DNA of 63,299 nt, counting the filler, from Catajapyx aquilonaris (Eukaryota): the NCBI GenBank assembly GCA_000934665.2. It is 4 parts of 4 records of this genome, joined end to end, with 100 filler letters (N's around TTAATTAATTAA, not from the genome) between each part and the next. Parts side by side here need not be neighbours in the genome. Positions count along the whole stretch, not along the records: positions 1 to 15,703 come from KZ539682.1; positions 15,804 to 31,635 come from JYFJ02007422.1; 2 more parts are not named here. One strand, 5' to 3'. This document shows positions 11,220 to 23,188 of this stretch, in pieces. Each line of letters opens with the position of its first letter. The stretch's first letter is position 1. The notes beneath the pieces are model-generated. The model had not been told where the DNA came from, did not search any database, and was given only the letters and a program-made list of their open reading frames with translations. A program made the translations under genes and the position numbers.

Positions 11220-11505
11220 ATTTCACGTGCCCTGATGACCCTTCAAAAATTTAAATTTTTTAAAATGATTTATATTATTATCCATATGGACGATAAATTA
11301 TCCTACCAAATTTTATTGAGATCAGAATATTGGGGGTGAACATGCTTTGAATTTTATTTTGCATGCTCTGTCGTGGAATCTGCCATCAATTAATTGCAAA
11401 AAAAAAATTGTGCGAAAGACGATATGCAAATAAATACTACAGATGAACAAGGGACCCTGAATCCGCCAGAAAATGCCCCCTCCTTGCGCACCCGGCGCGG
11501 CGGGG

Positions 11506-12567
11506 ATATCACGCTTTTTTTTCTAAGCCTACATTAGGTCTAATTTTTCAAGCCGCGATGATCTTACGATTCGTACCTGTTCCTGACCGTACAAGTACAA
11601 AAAAAAAATCAACGGCCCAACATGTTAGAACGTGTCCCCTTTCCTGTTGCAATTAGAGACAACTGGCATAGTGTACTAGAAAGATATAGAGGAGAAAAAT
11701 CCATTATAGCTGATAGGGTCACTTGAACTGGGATGGCAGCAGATCAAACGAAAATGTTATTTTTCCCCTGAAAAGTCGGAAAATGTGCATTATTTATACA
11801 GTTTTGCCTTGATCCCCCCGGGGCAGTGTTGCCCGGGTCGTGGCCATTGCCTCATCCGTCCCCCTTCCCCCAATCACCCCAAATAAACACCTTTTCACAC
11901 ACACCAGACAACGCAACGCCCCTCCCACTCCCGCCGCCTCCCAAGACCCCGACCGTGCGGCCATGGGACCCTGGGGCCGTGGGACCGCGGCCGTGACCCG
12001 TGATCACAGTGCTGTGGATTCCGGAATAACGCCAAATAAAAAAAAAACTAAGGATGGCCGCCACGGTAGGTGACGGTCGGCGGTCGGGACCGTGGCCGGG
12101 ACAAGGCCCTTATCGACAAAGGGGAGAGGTACAGCCTGCTCTACGAGGTGGGGAAGGCCGAGTATCGGAACAAGGGGAAGCGGGAGAAGGCGTAGTACAG
12201 CACGATATGGGCAGGAAGACCAAGTAAGTTTTATTCAAATGCATCCTGAACCATCCTGCACATGTTCCGAGGGCCGTTCCGAGCGAATTTATGTACAAAC
12301 TGCGCGTTTCATAATGGCAAGGTAGTTCACGTTGCTTCCTCTTCCTTCGAAGGACGAGAAGGGCGCGGAGTAAAACCAGCGGGTGCATGTATGCAGCAGT
12401 AAAAGACCAAAACAGGCGACGCGACGGCCTGTGTGAATAAACCGACCAGCGGAAAAAGTGCGACCGGCACACTTCGACGCCACCAAAAACCAAAACCGTC
12501 GACGGCCTGTGTGAATGGGCCTTAAGAAAATAAACAGTGAGGACAATCTTTTTGAACGTGATAGTAC
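11506..12567 (-). repeat. Repeat copy 2 (longer version, likely a non-autonomous DNA transposon)
   Basis: Inverted match to 9354-9983, with ~490 bp of extra internal sequence. Confidence 0.85.
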
Positions 12568-13213
12568 CTCCATTTGTACTGAAACACTTGGGATTAAACT
12601 ATCCGCTTATAGGTAATTCAATGAAATAGTACCTACCAAACAATGATGGCCCCCTATACCTACTTATAATACACCATAATAGTCATACCATAATTGATAA
12701 GGTAATTATTTTTGATTTTCTCAGACTAACTTGAAGTGTGTAGAACTAATAATAATATTATAATTATATAATAATTCGTAATGACATCTGAAGTTCATAG
12801 GCTTGCAGCATTGGTTGACAAGATAGTCTCATCCAATATTTTTGCCCAATTATAATATAAAGAAATTAATGCATGAGTAAGACCCTGATTACATATTCAC
12901 ATACAGTATTAGTAAAGATTTTACACATACCCTTCGTAATGTAGCATTACGATATCCTGTAATAATAATCTAGTGAAGCTAGGTCTTGTTTAATTAATTT
13001 CTATCCGCCATAGAGGTCTTACTACCCCCTTTTTTTTACAGAATGGAAGGTTTTTGTGATAATTGCAGTCCATTTTTTATGTGCTTGGTACATGCTGTCA
13101 TAACGTATATCTGAAGGAAATTTGACAGATTATTATTATGCATTGTAATGACATGTATATAATGACAGAGTTAATTTGGTAGGGATCAAAAATATTAAAT
13201 ATGCATGCCTAAG

Positions 13214-13514
13214 GCGAGTTTCCGAAACGGACACCGTTTGGCTCAGGGTCGGACGGTCGGTCGATCGTCTGTATAAAATTCTTCGGCTCATTTTGTAATG
13301 TCCGGGGCAAAATGTGAAGTTACTTTGGGCAAGCTCTTGCTTTGGCCTATTATACCAGCAGCTGCGGTCTGGAACCTCGCCCATGACCGTGCGACTGTCC
13401 GACTGCAAGCCCGATGGTGTGGCTTCCGGAATATATTCCGGAACCCACACTATTGGTTCACGGCCGCACGGCTGCACGACCCACCGACCGACCTGAGCCA
13501 AACGGTAAACTCGC
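13214..13514. mobile_element. MITE-like element just upstream of the ankyrin gene
   Basis: gcgagttt..accgtttggctcagggtcgg versus ccgacctgagccaaacggtaaactcgc. Confidence 0.6.
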
Positions 13515-13704
13515 TCGGACAATACATTTGGCGGACATAGTACATGATGTGCCATATTTTTATGAAGCTGCTTCCACCTCCCATCAGAATCAATGATTTT
13601 TTTAAATCATTTTGTGCAGGTCAACTGCCTAGCGTGTTACCATCTCCAGGTGGACTCCAGGTATCTCTATATCTGCTGCGGTATTATCCGCCCAGTCCAG
13701 GGAA

Positions 13705-15684
13705 ATGGCATCAGTAGATCAAGACGAAATGAGGGGCAGGAGTGAGTGGAATGAACTTCACGTAGCAGCGGAGAGAGGTAATTTCAAGATGGTGGAATTG
13801 CTCCTCCAACAAGGAAAAAACGTGAACATTCGAACGGGTTTCCTTCGTCGGACACCGCTCATTTTGGCTGCGAGGGCTCACTACCTCGGGGTCTGTGAGA
13901 CGTTGCTGTCCCATTCTGACTGCCTTGCCGATGCCCAAGACGAGTTAGGTAGGTCGGCTCTGCATGAAGCGGCGGAGAATGGCAGCGTGCAAATATGCCG
14001 TCTCCTCCTGGACCGTGATGCCCAGGTGGACATCCGAACCAACGATGGGTTCACTCCCTTGCATCTAGCGGCCAGTGCTGGTCAGCAGGACGCGGCCAAG
14101 CTCCTGGTCCAGAAGGGAGCTGACCTTTTGGCCAAAACCAAGGATGGAAAGACCGCCTGGTATTATGCTGTCGGGAAAGGGCATTGTGACCTGTTGGTGT
14201 ACCTGAATGACGAGATGGACAAACGTGAAAACAAGGGGAAAGCCAGGTAATTCCTTCACATACTTTGCACTGAACGTTAACGTAAGATTATAAAGACTAA
14301 CACCAACTGTGCTGAGTACGAACTTTTCTACTTCACTATCTTCTGGCCAAAAAATAAATGAATTGCCCTCTCATCAGCCAGGGTAAGAATGAATCATGAG
14401 TGGGACGCTGTAACTCTCAGCCTCTCATGGTAGAGGTGAACGTCATGCTAATTTTGTCTCATGTTTTGCCATTCAACCCCAAAGATCAGTGTCGTATTTC
14501 ATATTAGATTCCCAATTTACGCTATTCTTCATTTTTATTCCTTTCTATGCGTGTATTTCAGGCCGAGTGAGAGTAAAACATCTGCAGACACTGATCAAGA
14601 TGTTGCACAGCAGTCGACTCAGGTATTTAAATGTTTCTTCTGGAAAATTACACTGATCAACCGATTCTTTTAGCAATTTCTCATGAAATCATAGGCGCTG
14701 ATTCTAAATATGAAGTCATAATTTTTTATTGCCAGAAATTTTCTTATAACAGACCTTACTTTCCCTCTGTACACATAGCTCAATGTCACCAATATATTGG
14801 TCGATAATAGCTTTATTTTTCAAACAATTTTCGCTGTTTATCTGCTGCTTTCACAATAGGGGCAACACAGGTAATACATTAATTAAGCCCTATTAGTCAT
14901 TACAAATTACAAATTATGTGGGAGTTCCAAAATGACGATTACTCAAAAGCTGTGAGCGATAGAATTATTCATTGGCTAACACATTTGAATTCGGCGCCGT
15001 TGTCAACCAAGATTGTTACTCATCTGATTTCACATGTTGATGGATGCTGTTGGTCATGTCAGAATATTGTGCTTTGCTACCAACAGAATTCGCAAACCTA
15101 TATGGAAGGGCAATCAGATGAAGAACAATACTGGCTGACTTAGCAACAAAACCTATTTGTAAATATACGTGGCCTATCGCTTAATTCCCGAAATATTTGA
15201 AAATGAGAATTCCAGGAAGCACTGTGGATTTAGTTCACAGATTTCAAACCATTAATTAGAGGTAGGCCTACTCGAGGAGATCAGACTATAGGTTCTTCTT
15301 TATCTTTCGACGAAGATTTGTGGCTGACGAAAAGTGAAGACGTGCACTTGCCTTTTTTAGGTTGTCTTATCGTCCCTTCAAGAGGCGCAAATCCTCACAG
15401 GTGAACACGGAGAAGCGTCATCCAGTGGGGCCAGCCCTCGGAAAAGACGCAGGGTAGGAAGAGGACAGGCCAACACTCTAGTGAGCAGGACCACGTGTGA
15501 CGACAGCGACACGTCATTCGCAAGTGGCCGTATTGGACGCAAAGAAGAAGCAACAGCGAAGGAGGATTCGAAGGGTCGCCATCGGGGATTGAGTGGGGAT
15601 AAACGGTTTGGTGACCCTTTACGGAATCTCGTGTTGGCCCTGAAAAGGGCCGTTTCTAATGCTGGTCCTGAAAAGGACCGTTGA
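13705..15684 (+). CDS. Ankyrin-repeat protein, predicted 308 aa; coding exons 13705-14246, 14562-14622, 15361-15684
   Basis: 4-5 ANK repeats (ELHVAAERG, TPLILAARA, SALHEAAENG, TPLHLAASAG, TAWYYAVGKG). GT-AG junctions CCAG|GTAATT, TTTCAG|G, CAG|GTATTT and TTTTTAG|G keep the frame (phases 2 and 0) through to the TGA at 15682-15684. Confidence 0.8.
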
Positions 15685-15703
15685 CTGATGTGCTGCTGCT
15701 GCT

Positions 15704-15803
15704 NNNNNNNNNNNNNNNNNNNNNNNNNNNNNNNNNNNNNNNNNNNNTTAATTAATTAANNNNNNNNNNNNNNNNNNNNNNNNNNNNNNNNNNNNNNNNN
15801 NNN
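15704..15803. other. Artificial contig linker (44N-TTAATTAATTAA-44N)
   Basis: The same 100-nt structure occurs three times; the core has stop codons in all six frames. Confidence 0.95.
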
Positions 15804-16040
15804 GGGGAGGTTCCCGAGGGAGGGCGCGCGCTATAGTCATTTCTGACTTTCTGAAATAGCCTACACCAGGCCTTTTCTCCTGGCCCTGGTCAGAGTAGGG
15901 AGTGCAATTCTGTCCCGGCATGTCGGGTGAAAAGCGGAAAAAGACCCGGCCAAGCAGATGAGGTGACGGGGACGGGATTTGAACCCCGGACCTCCCGCTT
16001 GGCTGGCCAGTGGCGTAACCACTAGACCACCATGAATCCT
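15804..16040 (-). mobile_element. tRNA-derived SINE, truncated by the contig end
   Basis: The minus strand reads TGGTGGTCTAGTGGTTA (A box) ... GGGTTCAAATCCCG (B box), with no proper acceptor stem, followed by ~160 bp of unrelated body. Confidence 0.65.
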
Positions 16041-16042
16041 CT

Positions 16043-16055
16043 ATTTTATTTTATT

Positions 16056-16127
<72 letters not shown>

Positions 16128-16143
16128 GTTGATGATGATGATG
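16043..16143. repeat. (TTTA)n/(TTA)n/(GAT)n microsatellite
   Basis: Direct inspection. Confidence 0.95.
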
Positions 16144-16440
16144 TTAATGTTGTTTAAAATATGACTACGATAGGTAATTGGATTATTTTGTTGTGTTCCA
16201 ACATATTTGTGACAGTCATCAGTAAAGTTTTGAGTTTGCACAGGTGTCACATACAATCCAATAATATTACTTATGTATTGAGCTGACTTTAGAGTCACCC
16301 TGTATAAAATATATTATAAAAAATAATTATATAAAAACATAAACATGAAAATATAAAAATATATAATAACCTATAATAAAGCCGTGAAGGCTGATGATGA
16401 TGATGATGATCATGATCATGATCACGATCATGATGATGTA

Positions 16441-16856
16441 CGATCAGGTTCAAATACTTTTGGCCACTTTATCCTGGTCTTGAAGCAACCCTTCGCACGC
16501 ACACACCTCCTTAACGTGGGGTCGGTGTGAAGGGTTGCTTCAACAGAGGCGGATCCAGAGAGGAATATTTTGGGGGAGGAGCTATTCTGGCAGGAGCAAA
16601 ATTTTTTGAGGGGTTCAAGGTCACACAAGCTTAGGTGAATGTGGGAGGTGTGAGTTTAGTATGAAACAATTCGAATGAAATCTGAGGTGATTGTTATAAA
16701 TTTTAAATAGTCTTAGTCTTAGGCTGATTTGGGGGTGGGGGGTGGGGGTGGGGGTGGGGGGTGGAAATGTCCCCTATTTCCCACCCCCGTGGATCCGCCC
16801 TTGCTTCAAGACCAGGATTGCAGGATAAAGTGGCCAAAAGTATTTGAACCCGATAG
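16441..16856. mobile_element. Tc1/mariner-like foldback MITE carrying a nested hAT-like MITE (16544-16803)
   Basis: TA|CGATCAGGTTCAAATACTTTTGGCCACTTTATCC ... GGATAAAGTGGCCAAAAGTATTTGAACCCGATAG|TA. The inner element CAGAGGCGGATCC ... GGATCCGCCCTTG has CTTCAA duplicated on both sides. Confidence 0.8.
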
Positions 16857-17559
16857 TAGTAGCTACATATCAATAAAAGCTATTGGTCAATAACAAATAA
16901 CAATGAAATAACAAAACAATAAAAAAGCGAATAATGACAATAATGCTACTTTGTTTCACATAACGGCTTAGAGATAACAAGAGGCCGCAAGTGTATGACT
17001 TGCTTCCTGTCATGATCTCATGACCAGCTGAGACATGAAGTGTGGAGCACAGATAGGTCGAGATGGGTAAGTATAATGACTAATGATTAATGAACTAATG
17101 ATGAATATTACAAACAATAATATGTACCTAGTACATGTATATTAGTTACAATCCACAGGCAACAATCACTCCAACTAATAATATCACGCGCAAAATTTTT
17201 GCACATAATTAGCAAACAATATTTTTGAATAAGTGACGCGCAAAATGTTATTGTGACCTGACATTTAAAATAGTGACGTCATTCCAAACTGGTTTAAAAT
17301 AATTTTAAAAAGCCCTCTTGAGCATTATAGGTGCGGCCAGACACGAGGCAATTTTGATCAACAATATTATTATCTGGAGACCTTCAAATAATAAATATCT
17401 GCATGACCTTTATTATTATTAAAATGAGTCTATCAGAAAGTCTGGAGGGAATCGACTCAAAAAAAATAAAATATTCTAATTCGTCATTGTGTGATTGGAT
17501 CAGATTTATTTTTAGTCGGTCCAATATACATCCTTATTCCACTAGTTTGATTACTAAAC

Positions 17560-18460
17560 TTTTTTCACCTTCAACTCCATCAAAACTTTTTTGCCAATTT
17601 TAGCAATAATTGACTTTTAGGTTGTAGCCTACCAATGTTTATGATGTAATGTAATGTAATTTTATTTAGTATGACTACGTCACTGTGCAAAAATTCGCAA
17701 AAATTTAATAATTCAGAAATTCATTATTTGACATCAACTACATTTTTTTGCAAATTGTAGAAATACGTAGGCTAATTGACGTCAGATTGTTCCAGTGTAT
17801 TGTATGTAATGTAATGTAATGTAATGTAATGTAATGTAATGTACAGTATGTATGATTTCACTGCGTAAAAATGTGCAAACCTTAAAAATTCCAACTATTC
17901 TTTACCTCAACTCTATCAAAACTTTAAGCCAATTTTAGAATAATTTACTATTGTATGTAAATGACGTCACTGCACCAAAAATTTGAAATATTAATATCCA
18001 AAAATTATCTCAACTCCATTAGAACATATTTGCCAATTTTAGCAATAACTAATAAAATGTATGACGTCACTGTGCAAAAATGCACAAATTTTAAAAATTC
18101 CAAAAATTATTTATATTTGATATCAACTCCAAAACCTTTTATGCCACTTTCATCAATCAACTGACATCATGTTTTTTTTTTTACAAAATTGTATGTAACT
18201 CAACGTAAAGTAACGTAATGTAATAAAATGTAATGTAGGCTCTATTTCATAAATTCCATCAAAATATTTTTTGCCAATTATTTTAGCACTATAATAATTA
18301 ACTACAGCTTGTTCCAGTAACCTCAACTTCATCCAAACATATATATTCCCCCCCCNCCCCCCCCCAAATAATCATCCGGTTGTTCCAGCAATATAATGTA
18401 ATGTATGACGTCACTGCGTAAAATAAAAATTTCCAAAATCTTTAAAAAATCCCCCAAAAA
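17560..18460. repeat. Diverged tandem array with (AATGT)n tracts and recurring ATGACGTCACTG-like motif
   Basis: Units caactccatcaaaac..gccaattttagcaataat..(aatgt)n..atgacgtcactg.g.aaaa are repeated about 5 times with variable length. Confidence 0.75.
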
Positions 18461-19199
18461 TCCTTGACCTTGGTTACATTGTTGCCGCACTGTAAATCAT
18501 TGGATGACGCATGTGTTTTGCGGGTAGGCATATATGACATACAGTGGATCTAGGGGAGGGGTGGGGCTGGGTGCTGCTGGGAGGGGTGGGTGGGAGGGGT
18601 TTGGGGGTGGGGGACCAGGATCGAAGGGGGCTTGCTTTTCAGAGAGCCAGGTGTAGTTCGGTCCCAGCGTGCTTACGAACCAGTCCCAGAATTTCCTTCC
18701 TAGTTTTAAAAACCCAGTGATATATTATTTTTTTAAAAAAAGGCAAAAAATATTTTTGGGGGAAGATCATAACAAGGTAAGAGTCACTTCAAGGTGAACT
18801 GCTATTTTTTAAAATTATTTTTAGGGCATGACTTGTTGCTTGTTTATATATATAGGGAGTGGTGTACTTATCGTATGACAATTCCGGTTGTAGTTAATCA
18901 GCAGGATGTGAAGGCTATAAATTAATCGGTAACTGTGCTACGGTGGTTCAAGTCGTGTAATGGACAATTGAGAGGGAATTTGCATACCTGGCGTGTCAGG
19001 GCGGTGAGTAAAAGGGGTGATGTAAACATGCGGAATTGTGAAACCGGATTTAAAACAACAATAGTGGAATTATAAGGTAATTACGACGAAGAATTGAATG
19101 TATTTTTTAACCCAATTTTAAACAAATTCTTTGACAATTTTCATATAATGCAGATAAAATACTTGGCTGGGAATTTGAATAGTAAATTAGCGCAATTAT

Positions 19200-19680
19200 T
19201 TGATCGCACAAATTGTTACAATTAATTTCTGAGCTGTATTATTTATCTTATTATTTGTTATTTATTAGATCATATGATTCATTTCTTAGCTGTAGCATTC
19301 ATTAGTCTATTGTTTATTATATGATTTATTATATTAATATTACAGTATATTTATTATTATTACAGCATAATATTATTATTACAGCATAATATTATTTATT
19401 ATTGCGTAACATTTATTATTATTATTATTATTACATTATTTTATTTATTTCTCAGCTATATTATTTATTAATACATTATTTTTTATTTCTTAGCTATATT
19501 ATTTATTATATTATTTATTATCCTATTATATTATTTATTATCCTATTATATTATTTAATTCCTAGATGTATTAGTTTTTAGCTGTATATTATCTACTTTA
19601 CTTATTTATCCTTGTTATTTATTAGCTATGTTATGTATTATATTTATTTATTAGCTGTATTTGATTTATTTTTTTTTGCG
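19200..19680. repeat. AT-rich low-complexity/minisatellite tract
   Basis: Repeated tattatttat / ttagct(g/a)t motifs. Confidence 0.85.
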
Positions 19681-20339
19681 AAATTTGCGATGTGGGGGAA
19701 AAAAAAATTGCCACCGCTGCGCAGTTGGCATAACAAATTAGTGAGTTTCGTTCACACACACGGACTGTACAACAAGGCGACTAAATTAACACCGGCCATT
19801 GTTTTCATTAATGCGCTAAATTCGGGTTTTCCTGGCGTAAAACATGCAGTAAAACCTTGTTCGGTTGGGAGGCAAAACCAGTCGCTTTTGCCGAGTTTTG
19901 TTGCAAGTTCGTCAAAGTTTGTCCACACCTGAATGAGCTTAAATTATTTTTACTATAGTAATGTCAGATATAGTGGGTAAACGTTTGTTGAGCGGAAAAT
20001 AATATTACGCTCTAATTATTTCAGGTTTCGCTAATTTTATATCTTCTTAAACTGTCGGTTATATAAAAGTGGCTGCAAAATAGCTTATCACTGCGAGCAC
20101 CCCCTGCAATACAGTAATGGTAACACTTTGACCATTTCCTAAAATTTATTTGCTTAGTAAGCCGTATTATGGGATAACGGCAGTTTAAGAGCCGTGTCAA
20201 TAAATTATAACTGGAGTTTGCTCGAAGCTTCCGGGTTAAACAGTCAGAAAATCTAGCTGGTATGAAATTAGTAATGTCTATTGCCCGATCTTTCCTGCAT
20301 TTAACTACATTCTTAAACTAGCATTAATTGGCTTAAACT

Positions 20340-21050
20340 TCCGTTAACTCAAATGCCAGTTAAGTCGGACCAATTAACTTGGTTGCTAGTGACTAATTCA
20401 CTCTTTCCGTTTAACTTTTTAATTTACTCTTAAGATCAACAAACTACTGTAAACTTCAGTTAGTTCTTAACAGTCGGTTAAAAAGTTGGGAGAAATGCAG
20501 CAATAATCTCCTAGCTTTTAACTCCCCGTTTAAAAAGTTGAAGAAATCTGAATTGAACTGCAGTTAACTCCAAGTTAAACGGATGATATGCAGGAAATTA
20601 AACAGCAGTTAACTCTTAACTCCCCGTTAAATTGCTGATGAAACTGAAAATTAAACTTCAGTTAACTCTTAACCCCCATGTTAAAGGGCTGAACGAATTG
20701 GTAATATTAAACTGCAGTTAACTCCCCCGTTAACCGGATAAAATGCAGGAAATTAAACAACGGTTAACTCTTAACTCCCCGTTAAATGGTTTAAGGACGT
20801 GAAAATTAAATATCAGTTAACTATTAACCCCATGTTAAAGGGCTGAACCAATTGGTAATATTAAACTGCACTTAACTCCCCGTTAACCGGATGAAATGCA
20901 GGAAATTAAACAGCAGTTAACTTTCTTAACTGCTCGTTAAATTGCTGAAGAAACAACATTAAATTTCTATTAACTCTTAACCCCCTGTTAAACGCCTGAA
21001 CAAATTGGTAATGTTAAACTGCAGTTAACGTTTAACGGCCCGTTAAAAAG
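20340..21050. repeat. GTTAAC-rich tandem array (~40-45-bp subunits, ~170-bp higher-order unit)
   Basis: cagttaactc(ttaac)tccccgttaaa recurs; ccccatgttaaagggctgaac..attggtaatattaaactgca occurs at ~20674, 20828 and 20981. Confidence 0.85.
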
Positions 21051-21615
21051 GTTCAAGATCCCATGTCCAATATTGTAGAGCAATATAATTCTCTAGTACT
21101 GACTTTTACAAATTTGCAGAGCATTACCGGAGTTTACCCTAAACGGCAGTTTAATAGTCAGGTTGCATCCTCGGTGCGTGTCTCTCGTTGCCTCGCGAAT
21201 TAATTAAGGCGGCACCCAACTTTCGATCGTCTTAGGTCCTAAAGTAAGAACCAACTTGAACCAGAGGAGACGGTAGGGGCATAGCAGGGGTTTCCCTTTG
21301 ACTCCAAAGGGAAACTACTGATCATCTTTCACCATTTTGGTAGGTCCTTCCTCGTTAAGGGACACATCTACACTGCCAGGATTAATTGGACTGCTAAAAC
21401 CGGGATCCGATTCAACCAGAATCGGGTTCTGGCAAGGGAGGTTTTAGCGGTTGACGTCACGGGACGGACCAATGGAGAGGCGAGGATGCGGTTTAATTGG
21501 ACCGTTTACCTAGTAGACCACTGCAAAGACACGGCCAGGCCTTCCTATTGGTTTCAGAGTTAGCTGAAGTTGACACTCGGATGATAGTGTCTTTTATAGT
21601 AGCCGAAAGATCGTA

Positions 21616-21975
21616 TAGTCTGTCCGTCCGTTAAAGTGGGAGGAGTTAGAAGGCGCCACGGCCAATCACGGCCCGATTGGACTCCATTAGCTACTCCCAC
21701 TTATACAGTACAGTCGGTCCGTCCGTTAAAGTGGGAGGAGCAAGAAGCCGCCACGGCCAATCACGGCCCGATTGGACGCCATTAGATCCTCCCACTTTAC
21801 CGTCAGACAGACTTGCCAAGTTTCAGCATTCTCAGTAGTCTGAAAGTGAGTTAGGTACCTGAAACATACATACAGACAAACTTTATGCTTTATATAGAGA
21901 GAATATGCCAATTTCAGTACTCTCAGTAGTCTGAAAGTGGGTTAGGTAACCGAAACATACAAACTTTCTGCTTTG
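21616..21975 (-). mobile_element. Probable Helitron 5' region with internal tandem duplications
   Basis: The minus strand from ~21902 reads TCTCTCTATATAAAGCATAAAGTTTGTCTGTATGTATGT. A ~95-bp unit is duplicated at 21616-21800 and a ~75-bp unit at 21816-21975. No matching 3' end found. Confidence 0.45.
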
Positions 21976-23029
21976 TACATGTAGAATGCTCCTTTATTTG
22001 AAAGAGCTGTGACCTCTCACCATTTTGAAGTAGACACACTTCAACAGCAGTCCAATAGAAAAAGAGGAAGGGCAACGATCTATTCAATGTATTCTATTGG
22101 CTGATGGGAAAAGAGTGAAGTTGAAGCGTACTTCTCAAGTCGATAACGAGCGAGTGCCGCAAATGTACAGAAAGGAGCAACAGGTTAGAAGCCGAATCAA
22201 TTTCAGAGGGGATGTTCTATTGCCTGATCTATTGACCTTTTATAGCCAGTTCATTGGGTACCAGAAGTTAATAGAAAAAAAACTGTTGATAATAATTGTA
22301 AAAATAATTTTTAGCATAGGTTTTATAGGATTGCATTACAGTGTACCTGTACCGATTGATTTGTCTGATACGTACAGTACCCTTTTGCATGACCAAGCAC
22401 AGTGTAATCCACTCACGATTTAATAAACACTGATGCAGTGTTATAACCAATCCCTTTTGCTCCACACTGTACAAACACCGCAATAATTTGCATACTAAAG
22501 CACCAACCCTGCAGCATTGTCTTTTTTTTAAAAAAATGCCCAACAAAGTTAGCTTTGAAACACTATCCACGCCCTGTACTCCTCTCTCTAAACACACTTG
22601 ACCATTTTTTGAAAAGAGACACTTGCACCCCCTGACGTGTTCGACCCCTTTTGTACCATCACATAGGACAGCAAAGAGTGTTTACCTACACTTGTATGAC
22701 TTGTTAGACTGACAGGCATTACAAAGTGTATACCTGTAAGAGCATCGGATTCAATTAGGTTGATTGTCAGATGGTGCACTTAGCTATATGGCTTTGGAGT
22801 GACCGCACTTGTGGCCCTGCCAGGCACGGTACGTGATGAGCTTCATTCACAATTTCAGAGGTCAGCTATGCGGAGGTGATACGGTTTGGACTTTCCCCTC
22901 AAGAAACAATGCTTTAATAACAAAAGTGAGGAACATGTCGCACCAGAGGGGGTCAACAATGGCGGCAACATAAGTTCCCCGGAGAGGACCCCCACCCACA
23001 GGGCGGGTGGGGGTGAATGGAGGCAGAGG

Positions 23030-23188
23030 ATGCTGAGCCCCAAGATGCAGCGAAGCATCAGAGTCAACGACTGCCAGATTCTGATGCTGGCAGACAAGGC
23101 CAGGAATGACCACCACATCGCAGGGTATCTTTACAAGAGGACTTCGGACAACACCAAGTGGCAGATCAGGTGGTTCGTCCTCTACCAG
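23030..23188 (+). CDS. RASGRF: Ras-specific guanine nucleotide-releasing factor (RasGRF1/2 family), first coding exon (start of the N-terminal PH domain); the rest of the gene is not in the window
   Basis: MLSPKMQRSIRVNDCQILMLADKARNDHHIAGYLYKRTSDNTKWQIRWFVLYQ closely resembles the vertebrate RasGRF N-terminus (MQKxIRLNDG...GYLSKRSSDNTKWQTKWFALLQ). Donor CAG|GTAAGG, phase 0. Confidence 0.9.

Noticed and set aside
10924..11254. ORFs spanning N runs (also 62678-63020)
   Set aside because: They are open only because of assembly gaps.
9375..12573. Duplicated ORFs (MAIASSVPLPP..., YSGIH...) as a gene pair
   Set aside because: They are by-products of a GC-rich inverted repeat, open on both strands, with no domain.
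15748..15759. TTAATTAATTAA as a conserved biological motif
   Set aside because: It is always centred in exactly 44+44 Ns, so it is an assembly linker.
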